From the NCBI GenBank assembly GCA_964385825.1, contig CAYLPX010000001.1:271959-335958 (forward strand): a stretch of DNA of 64,000 nucleotides, read 5' to 3'. Source of the stretch: an uncultured Candidatus Saccharibacteria bacterium. GTDB taxonomy: Bacteria; Patescibacteriota; Minisyncoccia; Phycocordibacterales; JAKFXT01. Under the pieces are notes generated by a model that worked only from the letters and a program-made list of their open reading frames with translations, ran no database searches and was not told where the DNA came from. Position 1 is the first letter of the stretch; every line of letters begins with the position of its first letter. A program made the position numbers and the translations under genes. Shown here one piece after another: positions 43,941-53,808 of the stretch.

Positions 43941-44076
43941 TCTTCCCTTCCTAGTCTTTTAGACTACTGTTTCTATACTACCGGTCTCCCGCAAGCTCTC
44001 TTTAATACAACTAAGAGTCCTGATGCTTGCCCCTCTTTAACAGGAAGACTTCTCGTTATTAAACGCTCTCCATACT

Positions 44077-45849
44077 GTGAACCCATTTGACCCTTCTTTA
44101 AAAAAACATAGTCCGCTTAAACCACTCCGCGTAACTGGTATTGTAAAACGAGCTCTCGGACACTTTTCTCTCTTTGAGCGCAGTGTATTTTACATACTAG
44201 CCCTTATTATGGGTATCACTGCACTTACCCTACTTTTACGAGTAAACAACCTCTTCACTACTCCTATCCCTATGCTAGGAGGCGAACTACGAGAGGGTGT
44301 TATTGGTTCTGCGCGATTCATTAACCCTGTGCTTGCAGTGTCTGATTCCGATCGTGACCTCACAACACTTATTTATTCAGGCCTCACACGCTCACTCCCT
44401 GACGGTTCCATCGTTCCAGATTTGGCAAGTAGCTATTCTATAGAAGATAACGGTAAGACCTATGATTTCAAATTAAAAGATGCAGTCACCTTCCACGACG
44501 GCAAGCCCGTTACTGCAAGTGATGTTGAATATACTATTCAAAAGATCCAAGATCCTGCAATCAAAAGTCCGAAACGTCCTAATTGGGATGGGGTTACTGT
44601 TGAGAAAGTAAATGAAAAGGAAATTAAGTTTCACTTAAAGCAAGCCTACGCACCTTTTCTCCTCAACACCAATATTGGAATCCTGCCAAAACATATTTGG
44701 AAAGATGCTACTGCTGATGAATTCCCACTATCACTCTACAACTTTGAGCCTATAGGCTCAGGTCCCTATAGCGTAACTTCAATTGACCACAACAGTGCCG
44801 GCCTACCACTTGCTTACACGCTTTCACCATTTAAAAACTACGCGCTCGGCAGCCCTCACATTAAAACCATTACTTTTTCCTTCTTTCCGAACGAGCAAAG
44901 TCTCTTTGATGCCTATACTAAAAAGACTATAGATAGCATTCATAGTGTTAGTCCCGATAAGTTAGATGCGCTAAAGCGTACTGATACTCATATAGAAACA
45001 GCGACCCTTCCTCGTGTCTTTGCTATTTTCTTCAACCAGAATGAAAACCCGGTATTCACCGATATCAATGTTCGCAAGGCGCTAGATATGGTTACCCCTA
45101 AACAAGAAATCGTGAACAAGGTTTTCAATGGATATGGCACAGTTAACAATGGTCCATTACCACCTGAACTTGCTACATCTTCTACTCCAACCATTTCCCT
45201 AACCCCAGACTTAACACTTAACAATGCACGAGCGCTGCTTGCAAAATCTGGCTGGGTCTACAACGAGCAAACTCATGTAGTAGAAAAAACAATTAAAACC
45301 AAAAAGAAAACCGAAACCCAAACACTTTCTTTCTCACTCTCAACTGCTGATACCCCTGAACTTAAAGAAACTGCCCAGCTACTCAAAGCAGCCTGGGAAA
45401 AACTAGGGGCTACGGTTGATGTAAAAGTTTTTGAAGGAGGAGATCTCAACCAAAACATTATTCGCCCGCGCAAATACGACACACTTCTTTTTGGTGAAGT
45501 AGTTGGGCGAGACTTAGACCTCTATGCTTTCTGGCACTCAAGCCAGCGCAACGACCCCGGACTTAATGTTGCCATGTACACCAATGCCAAAACCGATAAA
45601 ATGCTTGAACTTGCTAGAACCCTAGAAACAGATAGCGATCGCATTGCGCAGTATCAAGCCTTTGCTATAGAACTAACGAAAGAAACTCCTGCCATATTCC
45701 TCTACTCTCCACAGTTCATCTACCTTTTACCTAACACTATTAATGATGTAACTCTCAAAAACATAACCATACCTTCAGAGCGGTTTGCGAATGTATATGA
45801 GTGGTATATAGACACAGAACGTGTATGGAAAGTATTTGCTAAGCATTAA
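44077..45849 (+). CDS. ABC transporter substrate-binding protein, family 5 (peptide/nickel type)
   Basis: 590 aa with an N-terminal TM anchor; SBP_bac_5-like blocks. Confidence 0.75.
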   Translation: MNPFDPSLKKHSPLKPLRVTGIVKRALGHFSLFERSVFYILALIMGITALTLLLRVNNLFTTPIPMLGGELREGVIGSARFINPVLAVSDSDRDLTTLIYSGLTRSLPDGSIVPDLASSYSIEDNGKTYDFKLKDAVTFHDGKPVTASDVEYTIQKIQDPAIKSPKRPNWDGVTVEKVNEKEIKFHLKQAYAPFLLNTNIGILPKHIWKDATADEFPLSLYNFEPIGSGPYSVTSIDHNSAGLPLAYTLSPFKNYALGSPHIKTITFSFFPNEQSLFDAYTKKTIDSIHSVSPDKLDALKRTDTHIETATLPRVFAIFFNQNENPVFTDINVRKALDMVTPKQEIVNKVFNGYGTVNNGPLPPELATSSTPTISLTPDLTLNNARALLAKSGWVYNEQTHVVEKTIKTKKKTETQTLSFSLSTADTPELKETAQLLKAAWEKLGATVDVKVFEGGDLNQNIIRPRKYDTLLFGEVVGRDLDLYAFWHSSQRNDPGLNVAMYTNAKTDKMLELARTLETDSDRIAQYQAFAIELTKETPAIFLYSPQFIYLLPNTINDVTLKNITIPSERFANVYEWYIDTERVWKVFAKH

Positions 45850-45896
45850 AAAGATTACAAAAATTATTATTAAACACGATAGATAACTATTACTTT

Positions 45897-47864
45897 ATGA
45901 ATGATCAACAAAACAATTCTGGAACTCCGCACAGTCCAAGGTCTCCTCGTACACCACGAAGCGCCTCACATGGAAGAACACCACACACACGAAGTGCTGC
46001 GGATCACGCTGGCGCTTCACACACTGCGCGTCCACCACGAACAGGAAGCCGTGGAGGGGCCCGCCAAGGTGGGGCCGGTGGACGAGGCCGATCTCGTTCT
46101 CGCTTCCCAGAGCGAGCACCATTTTCTCCACGCGAGGATGCTTCCAAAATCACCACCCCAACCGCCCTCAAGGATATGCTACCAGCACCAGACGCTGATA
46201 CGTTCCGCATTATTCCACTTGGTGGAGTAGAGGAAGTAGGTCGCAACATGACCGTTGTTGAACTTCATAACGATATCTTTGTGCTTGATTGCGGTTTCCA
46301 ATTCACCCCAGAGAGTGATGCTCCTGGTATTGATTACATTCTGCCCAACACCAAATACCTTGAGGATCGCAAAGAACGCATAAAAGGAGTAATCATTACC
46401 CACGGACACTTGGATCACATTGGAGGCATTCCTTACATCATGGACCGTATTGGTAACCCACCTATTTATACCCGCTACCTCACCAGTCTTATGATTTTGA
46501 AGCGTAATGCTGAATTCCCTCACCTCTCACCAAGCAACATTATTGTGGTAGAACCAGGTCAAAAAGTAACTGCGGGAGATACGCCTATTTCCTTCTTCCC
46601 AGTTACTCACTCCATACCGGACGCTATGGGCGTAGTTATTGAAACCAAGCATGGCAACATCGTCTTCACGGGAGACTTAAAACTAGATCACGAGAATGGT
46701 ATACCAACTGAAGAAGAAGCTAAGCGTTGGGACAATCTCAATAAGCAAAAAAATGTGTTCTTCGCTGCAGACTCTACCAACACCGAGCGCCCTGGGTTCT
46801 CTATTACTGAGCGTCAGGTATATGACACCCTAGAAGATATCATTAAAAATACTAAGGGTCGCCTCATCATTGGAACATTCGCTTCGCAGTTCGAACGCAT
46901 GATCAAAATCATCGAAGTTGCAGCTAAGTATAACCGCAAGATTGTAACTGAGGGACGAAGTATTCGCACCAACATTGAAATCGCCAAAGAAGGTGGAATC
47001 CTAAATGTTGATGAAAGTATCTTTATTACTTCAGATCAAATACCGAACTACCCACCAGATCGTATACTCATTCTAGCGACTGGTGCGCAGGGAGAGGAGT
47101 TCGCGGCACTCAATCGTATTGCCAGCAAGAAAGACAAGAATATTTTCTTTACTGAGCAGGACACTGTTGTGCTTTCCTCCTCAGTTATCCCAGGAAACGA
47201 AATTTCTGTGCAGAAACTCAAAGACAATCTCTACCGTCACAATCTAAAAATCATTCACTACCGTGTGTCGGATGTGCACTCTACAGGACATGGAAATGCT
47301 GGGGAACTTGTCTGGATCAACCAAAAGGTTAACGCTAAGTTCTTCATGCCTTCCTATGGTTTCCGCTCTATGACCACTTGCCACGCTCGAGCAGTGATTG
47401 ATGCTGGTTTTCCTAAAGAAAACGTGGTGCTCGCTGACAACGGTACTATTATTGAAATTAAAAACGGCACGGAAATGCAAGTCCTCAAAGAAAAAGCTCC
47501 TTCAACTCCACTTATGGTTGATGGCTTCTCTATTGGAGACATGCAGGAAGTTGTCATCCGAGACCGCCAAACCCTCTCCAAAGATGGTATGTTCGTCATT
47601 ATTGGTTCAGTGAACCCTCGTACAGGAAAACTACGTAAGTCACCTGACATTATTTCCCGCGGCTTCGTATATCTACGAGAATCACAAGAACTTTTGAACC
47701 AAACGAGACTAATCGTTAAGAAAACTATTGAAGATACTACTGTTGGCATGAATCCAATTAATCTTGAGTACACCAAAAATGCGCTCGTTGATAATGTATC
47801 TCGTTTTCTATTCCAAAAAACTAACAAACGTCCGATTGTTATTCCCGTTTTAATCGGCCTATAA
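45897..47864 (+). CDS. rnj: Ribonuclease J (metallo-beta-lactamase / beta-CASP); an alternative start at 46176 gives the canonical N-terminus
   Basis: IIPLGGVEEVGRNMTVVE, HGHLDHIG, beta-CASP motifs; the 93-codon Arg/Ser/Gly-rich 5' extension lies in a 250-bp GC-rich block. Confidence 0.85.
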   Translation: MNDQQNNSGTPHSPRSPRTPRSASHGRTPHTRSAADHAGASHTARPPRTGSRGGARQGGAGGRGRSRSRFPERAPFSPREDASKITTPTALKDMLPAPDADTFRIIPLGGVEEVGRNMTVVELHNDIFVLDCGFQFTPESDAPGIDYILPNTKYLEDRKERIKGVIITHGHLDHIGGIPYIMDRIGNPPIYTRYLTSLMILKRNAEFPHLSPSNIIVVEPGQKVTAGDTPISFFPVTHSIPDAMGVVIETKHGNIVFTGDLKLDHENGIPTEEEAKRWDNLNKQKNVFFAADSTNTERPGFSITERQVYDTLEDIIKNTKGRLIIGTFASQFERMIKIIEVAAKYNRKIVTEGRSIRTNIEIAKEGGILNVDESIFITSDQIPNYPPDRILILATGAQGEEFAALNRIASKKDKNIFFTEQDTVVLSSSVIPGNEISVQKLKDNLYRHNLKIIHYRVSDVHSTGHGNAGELVWINQKVNAKFFMPSYGFRSMTTCHARAVIDAGFPKENVVLADNGTIIEIKNGTEMQVLKEKAPSTPLMVDGFSIGDMQEVVIRDRQTLSKDGMFVIIGSVNPRTGKLRKSPDIISRGFVYLRESQELLNQTRLIVKKTIEDTTVGMNPINLEYTKNALVDNVSRFLFQKTNKRPIVIPVLIGL

Positions 47865-47876
47865 GTGGCTTATACA

Positions 47877-47907
47877 AAAAACTGCATCAACCTGATGCAG
47901 TTTTTTG
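47877..47907 (+). terminator. Intrinsic terminator after rnj (aaaaaactgcatca-ACC-tgatgcagtttttt)
   Basis: 8-bp stem with flanking A6/T6. Confidence 0.75.
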
Positions 47908-47927
47908 TTATACTTACTCTATACTCT

Positions 47928-49118
47928 ATGAAGCACCTCGTCACACTGACCCAAGAACATATCATGGTTATCCTCCTTTGCCTTGCCAACCTTTTTCTCT
48001 CTTTTCACTACTTTCTCACCATCTATATCAATTCTTCCTTTCTAAGTAAACTCCTGTTTAGTAACCAAAATTTTGTTGTTACATTCCTCTACAGTGTCGC
48101 TTCGCTCGTCACCTGCCTTTTCTTTCTCTTTGCAACACATTTTTTGACACGCCTTGGAGCCTATCGTCTCTCGCTCATTATTACCACTATTGATTTACTA
48201 GCGGTAAATATTTTAAGTCTCACCCACAACCTCGCTCTAGTGCTGCCATTTCTTTTCCTCCACCTCACCAGTATTCCACTTATCTTTTTCCTTTTTGATA
48301 TTTTCCTTGAGCACTTTTCACCCCGCCTACACACCACTGGTTCAACCCGTGGAGTATTCCTCACTGTAGGAAATATCGCCCTAGTGCTTTCTCCTTTTTT
48401 CATCTCACTCCTTGGCATAGCCCAGAATGACTTCTCGTACATTTACAAACTTTCTGGTTTGTTCCTATTCCCACTTCTTTTTATTTTCCTTTTCTCTTTT
48501 AGGAACTTTAAAGATCCCGTGTACCCACACAGCTCCGTACACGGAGAACTTTACCGAATGCTGCGCAATAAGAATATTCGTGGAGCTGTGTTTGCTAATT
48601 TTATTTTGCAGATTTTCTTTTCAGTCATGGTTATCTACTTACCGCTCTATCTCATAGACACCATCGGCTTTTCATGGAGTGAGTTTGGACTGATACTATC
48701 GATCGCACTCTTACCTTTTGCATTATTTGAACTTCCTATCGGTCTTTTAGCGGATAGAAAATATGGGGAACAAGAAATGATGAGTTTGGGGTTCGTCGTA
48801 CTTGCGGTCGCTGTTACTCTTCTTTCTTTTATTAGTGTTAAGAGTTTGGCGATTTTTGCAACAGTGCTCTTTGCAACCCGTGTTGGAGCAGCCCTTATCG
48901 AAACAACTTCTGAAAGCTACTTTTTTAAAAAAACGGAAGATGCCGACGCTGATTTAACTGGTATATTCCGCATGACCCGTCCAGTTTCTTACCTTATAGG
49001 GCCACTTCTGGGACTACCAATTGTTCTATTTTTTTCCTATCATTATCTCTTTATAGCAGTTGGGCTAATCATGCTAACAGGTCTTTATTTCTCTTTTTCT
49101 ATAGAAGATACTCGCTAA
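47928..49118 (+). CDS. MFS-type transporter
   Basis: About 12 TM helices; start moved to the Met downstream of the terminator hairpin. Confidence 0.55.
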   Translation: MKHLVTLTQEHIMVILLCLANLFLSFHYFLTIYINSSFLSKLLFSNQNFVVTFLYSVASLVTCLFFLFATHFLTRLGAYRLSLIITTIDLLAVNILSLTHNLALVLPFLFLHLTSIPLIFFLFDIFLEHFSPRLHTTGSTRGVFLTVGNIALVLSPFFISLLGIAQNDFSYIYKLSGLFLFPLLFIFLFSFRNFKDPVYPHSSVHGELYRMLRNKNIRGAVFANFILQIFFSVMVIYLPLYLIDTIGFSWSEFGLILSIALLPFALFELPIGLLADRKYGEQEMMSLGFVVLAVAVTLLSFISVKSLAIFATVLFATRVGAALIETTSESYFFKKTEDADADLTGIFRMTRPVSYLIGPLLGLPIVLFFSYHYLFIAVGLIMLTGLYFSFSIEDTR

Positions 49119-49948
49119 AGCATAAACTTGCTTTCCTTCTTTTGTATGAGCCCCTCTTGAAGAAGTTCTTTGCATATAGTTTCAGTATCAAACTTAGCAA
49201 CTCCTATTTTTTCTTTAACCTGCTTATATAAAGTTCGTGGCGCTAAAGCACCCCCCAAAAGAAGTTTGGGTACAAGTCCCCTCACTTCCCGCCTTGACCC
49301 CTTAAAGCTTCCTTGCTTTTGATATACCCTACTTTGCTTATTCTTATTTCCAACCGCCTTCTTAAGGTGAGCTCCGAAATCCATCAATAATCCATACCAC
49401 TCCTTAAAACCACTTTTAGGTAAAAGTTTGGTGAGCACCTTCTCAAGCTCCCCTTCAGGTACATTGTGTTTGGATGAAAAAAAGTAATGAATTAAAACCG
49501 TACGAATATTGGTCTCAAGTACCACCATCTTTTCATTGTAGGCAAAAGTGAGTACTGCTGCAGCAGTGTAGTGACCAACCCCCGGCAACGTTCGCAAAGC
49601 TTCATACGTTGAAGGTGTATCACCTTTATATACTTCAACAATCCTCTTTGCTGCTTCATGCAAAAATCGAGCTCTGCGATTATAGCCAAGACCACTCCAA
49701 AGCGTAAGTACATCCTTAAGCGGTGCCCGTGCTAATGCATGTACTGTTTTAAAACGCTTTAAGAAATTTTTATAAAATGGAACTACCCGATCTGCTTGTG
49801 TTTGCTGAAGCATGATTTCAGAAACCAAAATATGATACGGATCATGAGTATCCCTCCATGGAAATGAGCGGTAACCTGTTTTTTTAAATCGTAGCAGCTC
49901 CTTCTTAAAAATCGCTTTCTGTTTTTCTATTTGCATACCTGCAAACAT
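49115..49948 (-). CDS. HhH-GPD base-excision DNA glycosylase (MutY / endonuclease III family)
   Basis: HILVSEIMLQQTQ...GLGYNRRA and an HhH-GPD loop (LPGVGHYTAAAVL). Confidence 0.75.
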   Translation of the reverse strand: MFAGMQIEKQKAIFKKELLRFKKTGYRSFPWRDTHDPYHILVSEIMLQQTQADRVVPFYKNFLKRFKTVHALARAPLKDVLTLWSGLGYNRRARFLHEAAKRIVEVYKGDTPSTYEALRTLPGVGHYTAAAVLTFAYNEKMVVLETNIRTVLIHYFFSSKHNVPEGELEKVLTKLLPKSGFKEWYGLLMDFGAHLKKAVGNKNKQSRVYQKQGSFKGSRREVRGLVPKLLLGGALAPRTLYKQVKEKIGVAKFDTETICKELLQEGLIQKKESKFML

Positions 49949-49950
49949 AA

Positions 49951-49985
49951 AACCCCTCCCTACACTGAGGGAGGGGTTTTATGTT
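49951..49985 (-). terminator. Intrinsic terminator (aaaacccctccc-tacact-gggaggggtttt)
   Basis: 12-bp stem; abuts the annotated start of the glycosylase gene. Confidence 0.7.
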
Positions 49986-50627
49986 TTAGTTTGTAGTAAA
50001 AGTTGCCTCTATGAGACCCTTATCATTTTTTATAGGAGCATCCTCTGAAGTATCAAATCCACGACTTCCAGTATCCTCATAGAGTACAGCATGATACTTT
50101 GCGCCAGCGACAGTTCCGCGTAATAGTTCAACTTCTCCAAGATGAATCCCTGGCTCAAAACGAGCAGCACCAAGCACATTACCGAGTTCTCCATTTTTAT
50201 CCTCATGAATTGCCACCCAACCAGGTACAGAAAGTGTTACCATAGTGACTTCTGCTGTAGTGCCAGCCTTTTGATCGTTAGCAGCAATAGCATTAGTGCC
50301 TGAAACACTTACAGGCTCTTTGCGGACCTTCGGAGTAGGAGCGGTGACTACTTCTTTGGTAACTTCTTCTGTCTTTGCTGTATCTACTCCCATAGTAGCT
50401 GGTGTAGAAGTTGCACTCTCTAGCATTTCTGCACTGTCCATATCTTCTGTAACTACAACCTTTTGATTGTCTCCTTTTGATAACCACATACCAAACGCCC
50501 CAACAACTGCACCAATAAGAAAGGCTGTAACTAGTTTACCCATACCAGTACTAGTTGAAGCCATATTCTTTTTTGCTTCAAGTAATTTTTTCTGATCAGC
50601 GTTGAGGAGATTTTTCGGCGTTTCCAT
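49986..50627 (-). CDS. Hypothetical membrane-anchored protein
   Basis: TM helix then a Thr/Ala-rich linker and a C-terminal domain; start at the internal Met. Confidence 0.4.
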   Translation of the reverse strand: METPKNLLNADQKKLLEAKKNMASTSTGMGKLVTAFLIGAVVGAFGMWLSKGDNQKVVVTEDMDSAEMLESATSTPATMGVDTAKTEEVTKEVVTAPTPKVRKEPVSVSGTNAIAANDQKAGTTAEVTMVTLSVPGWVAIHEDKNGELGNVLGAARFEPGIHLGEVELLRGTVAGAKYHAVLYEDTGSRGFDTSEDAPIKNDKGLIEATFTTN

Positions 50628-50745
50628 GAAATATAGGTTACGTAAGTAATGCCATAAGTGTAACAAGTGTACTTTTCTCGTCAAAATAGCCAAAATAGAG
50701 CAAATATTACGTAATATTCACTCAAAATCCCTATTTTTATAGATT

Positions 50746-50952
50746 TTAAATACCAGTTACTCCTCCCGTTAAACCACTTAGTGCTTTCGGTAGAAAAACC
50801 ATAGTACCAAGTAGAGGTAATAGTGTGAGAAGGGCAGTAATGATAAGCACCCAGAAAAAATACTTTCGCGTTTTTTCAGCTGATTCTTTAACTTCGTCCA
50901 GCTTACTATCAAGCTGTGCTAACTTCACCAAAATTTCTTGTTCCTTGTCCAT
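50746..50952 (-). CDS. Hypothetical small membrane protein
   Basis: 68 aa; coiled-coil then a TM helix. Confidence 0.35.
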   Translation of the reverse strand: MDKEQEILVKLAQLDSKLDEVKESAEKTRKYFFWVLIITALLTLLPLLGTMVFLPKALSGLTGGVTGI

Positions 50953-50965
50953 ACGCTTAAGTATA

Positions 50966-51676
50966 CTACAGGTAATACACTACATCTTTACGTTCTACCA
51001 CCACCTCCCATTTTTTCTTCTTCGCTTGCTTAAAAAGTTTTTGATTGGGGTTAAAACAAATGGGGTGCTCAACCAACTGAAGAAATGCAGCATCACTTTC
51101 GGTATCTCCCACCCCGACTGAATCAACTAAGGTAAGCCCCTCTTTAACTAAAGCTCTTTTTGTCACCATAGCCTTATTTTGAATAATATGCTCATCAATC
51201 ACCTTACCCGTAAAACAATCATTGGGACCAAGTTCATAAATACGACCGTACACTTTGTCAAAACCAAGCTTTATACAAAATGAATCAAGAATAGCTTTAG
51301 GAGACTGAGAGATTGCGAGGAGATAGTATCCGTCTTTCTTTAATTTCTTTACTAAATCGCGAGTATACTTGTAAGTGCGGTGTTGGTAGCGTTCAATCGT
51401 TGCATCAGCCACTTCTTTAAAATCTTTGTATGGTACCCCCTTGAGGTGTCCCATGAAAGCTTTTACCACCGCATCTATATAGCTCTGGTAATCACCCTCA
51501 CGATCTAACCATTTTTCTTTATGCTTCAAATACACACTGCGGGCAGAAAGTGGGAACACCCCTTTATCTATCAGCATGTCAGTAAGTTCAATAAGAAGAC
51601 TGGAGCGAAATATAGTCCCATCTACATCAAAAATCGCCACCTTCTTACCCTCATGTAATATATCTTCCTTTATCAT
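50966..51676 (-). CDS. HAD-superfamily hydrolase (subfamily IB, phosphoserine-phosphatase-like)
   Basis: Motif I FDVDGT; motif IV GVGDTESD. Confidence 0.8.
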   Translation of the reverse strand: MIKEDILHEGKKVAIFDVDGTIFRSSLLIELTDMLIDKGVFPLSARSVYLKHKEKWLDREGDYQSYIDAVVKAFMGHLKGVPYKDFKEVADATIERYQHRTYKYTRDLVKKLKKDGYYLLAISQSPKAILDSFCIKLGFDKVYGRIYELGPNDCFTGKVIDEHIIQNKAMVTKRALVKEGLTLVDSVGVGDTESDAAFLQLVEHPICFNPNQKLFKQAKKKKWEVVVERKDVVYYL

Positions 51677-51771
51677 TTCTCTAAGTATACGCCTTTAAGA
51701 AAACTAATTGAAACTTTGACTTTTCTAAAAAATGCTGCATAATCCACATTAGACAAACCACGGAGAGAATC

Positions 51772-52146
51772 ATGCAAGTTTACAAGGCCTTTGTAGTTGA
51801 AGGTGGGGTGCTGAAGAGCCTTTCGGCGACTGGCCCCCTAGAGCACATCTACAAATTCAGGGAATGGAGTCAATTGCTCCCCTGGCAGGAACAACATGGG
51901 CTTGGCTTCTTTGCCTTCGAAGATCTGGAGGCCGCTCACCATGCGCTCGGAAAGGGGGGTTACATTGCAGTATGCGAAACTACCGAGCTCCTGTCGCGCC
52001 CCAGAGCACTCCTTTCGCAGGAACAACATCCGCCAAAGGATCTATCTGTGGGGCGAATCCTCACATACCTTGACCCTTGCATCGTGGAGATGGTTGAGCC
52101 CGGCACTATTTGGTGCAGGGATATCCGCCCACTCAACTGGGCTTAA
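51772..52146 (+). CDS. Hypothetical protein, GC-rich mini-island K
   Basis: GGAGAG ribosome-binding site; GC-rich; terminator 52147-52205. Confidence 0.45.
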   Translation: MQVYKAFVVEGGVLKSLSATGPLEHIYKFREWSQLLPWQEQHGLGFFAFEDLEAAHHALGKGGYIAVCETTELLSRPRALLSQEQHPPKDLSVGRILTYLDPCIVEMVEPGTIWCRDIRPLNWA

Positions 52147-53231
52147 CGCCCCAGTTTTTCCAACCGAAGCCCCAAGAGCCTGATCGCCAGGCGCTTGGGG
52201 TTTTCCTTTTTTTCAAAGAAAGGTAAGAGAAGTTTTAGTGCTGTCAAAGAAAGTTGGCGAGAAGAGGTAATCGGGGTACTAAGAGTAATCCCTCTGGTTT
52301 TCGTTTCAAAATCAGAAAAACGAGCAATAAGTGTTACCTTCCTAGCTTCTTTAAAACCTGCTTTTTGTAATTTGCCAAAAAGGGTTTCTGCCGTCCTTTC
52401 CATATACTTAGTTGCCTCTTTAAGCGTTGCAATATCGTCATGAAACGTTTCTTCTTCTCCTATTGATTTCGCCACAGCTGCTTCTGTTTGTATTTCCCGA
52501 TCATCCTCTCCAAGCGCGTATTGCTCTAACTTCTTGCTATATACCCCTAGAGTCTTTTTTAGCGTTTCTCCGTTAGCTTTTCGTATATCGTGCACTGTAA
52601 AAATTTTCATTCGTTTTAAAACCTCATCCGTTTTTTCACCAACACCAGGAAGCACCGCAGCCTTAAGAGGAGCAAGAAAATTCAAAGTCTCATGAGATGG
52701 GACTACTACCAGCCCAAGTGGCTTTTTCATATCCGAGGCAATTTTTGCTACCAGCTTATTTTTCCCAATACCAATTGAACAGGTAAGCTTTTCTGTTTCT
52801 AATATTTCTGCCTGTATCTGTTTAGCTAGTACTGCTGCTTCCTTAAAAGTTTTGCAAAATGAAAGATCTGCATACCCCTCATCAATACTCGTTTCCTCAA
52901 ACACCGGTGCATACTTCTTAATTATTTTAAACACTTTTTGCGAGACTGCTCCATACTTACGAAAAGCAGGAGTGATGAAAATAACCTCAGGGTTTCCAGA
53001 CTTTTTTGCAGCTTGGCTTAGCTTCCACGCGCGAGTAATAGGCAGCCCTGCATGTAGGCCATAAGCACGTGCCAGATAATTCGCGGTAGCAATAACTCCG
53101 CGCCCCCTCCCACCCTCAGGATCTGCTCCTACAGCAATAGGCATTCCGGCCAAATACGGTTTATCCCGCTCCTCCACCGAAGCAAAGAAAGCATTCATAT
53201 CTATATGTGCAATAATTTTCTCTATTTTCAC
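52143..53231 (-). CDS. dinB: DNA polymerase IV (DinB)
   Basis: IAHIDMNAFFASVE N-terminus; Y-family palm blocks. Confidence 0.9.
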   Translation of the reverse strand: MKIEKIIAHIDMNAFFASVEERDKPYLAGMPIAVGADPEGGRGRGVIATANYLARAYGLHAGLPITRAWKLSQAAKKSGNPEVIFITPAFRKYGAVSQKVFKIIKKYAPVFEETSIDEGYADLSFCKTFKEAAVLAKQIQAEILETEKLTCSIGIGKNKLVAKIASDMKKPLGLVVVPSHETLNFLAPLKAAVLPGVGEKTDEVLKRMKIFTVHDIRKANGETLKKTLGVYSKKLEQYALGEDDREIQTEAAVAKSIGEEETFHDDIATLKEATKYMERTAETLFGKLQKAGFKEARKVTLIARFSDFETKTRGITLSTPITSSRQLSLTALKLLLPFFEKKENPKRLAIRLLGLRLEKLGR

Positions 53232-53267
53232 CTACTCAGTATAGTTAAAAACTAATTTTAAAATAAC

Positions 53268-53297
53268 GTTGACCCATCACTACTTCTAAGCTACAGT
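53268..53297 (+). promoter_or_regulatory. Candidate sigma70 promoter (TTGACC, 18-nt spacer, TACAGT) for the GC-rich gene
   Basis: Hexamers upstream of the GAGGAGG ribosome-binding site. Confidence 0.35.
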
Positions 53298-53327
53298 TGG
53301 GGTCGCTTGTTCACTGAGGAGGCCACC

Positions 53328-53765
53328 ATGTGGCAACGCATCAAAAAGGCTTGGCGCGTACTACGTGCGCCCCATGAGCAGACTGCGAAATGGGTGTATG
53401 TCGCCCACCCCATCCGTGGAGACATTGCGGGGAACCTGCAAAAGCTGATAGAGATCCGAAGGGAGATCATTTAGCAAGGGCACATCCCCGTCATCCCCTA
53501 CTTGGCCCCGCTTGAAATCCTCCGCGATTACATCGAGGCGGAGCGGACCCAAGGGATGATGATCAACTTCGCCTACCTTCGCTCCGGTATGGTGGATGAA
53601 CTCTGGCTCTATGGGGATACAATATCTAACGGCATGTGGGCCGAAATCAAAACGGCCATCACGATGGGAATCCGGGTTGTTCCAAAGACCCCAGGCACTC
53701 TGCACTGTTGCCAAGAAGCGCAAGATCGAGGGATCATTGCGCAATTCATGCGAAGTGTCCAGTAA
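53328..53765 (+). pseudogene. GC-rich gene (mini-island L) interrupted by a single in-frame TAG at 53472-53474
   Basis: A 48-codon ORF and a 87-codon ORF share one frame with uniformly high GC3, a GAGGAGG ribosome-binding site, and a terminator at 53775-53808; the conceptual product is 145 aa (VYVAHPIRGD...). Confidence 0.4.
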
Positions 53766-53774
53766 ACCCTTCTT

Positions 53775-53808
53775 CACGAAGCCCCGCTCATGCGGGGCCC
53801 TTTTTTTA
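53775..53808 (+). terminator. Intrinsic terminator (gccccgc-TCAT-gcggggc plus T7)
   Basis: GC stem plus T-run. Confidence 0.8.

Noticed and set aside
45895-46249. Minus-strand ORFs 45895-46131 and 46004-46249
   Set aside because: GC-rich-block artefacts. Their wobble positions do not coincide with the high-GC3 phase.
53361-53777. Minus-strand 138-aa ORF
   Set aside because: Antisense to the GC3-supported plus-strand gene, which has an RBS, promoter and terminator. Long open frames are expected by chance in 60% GC DNA.
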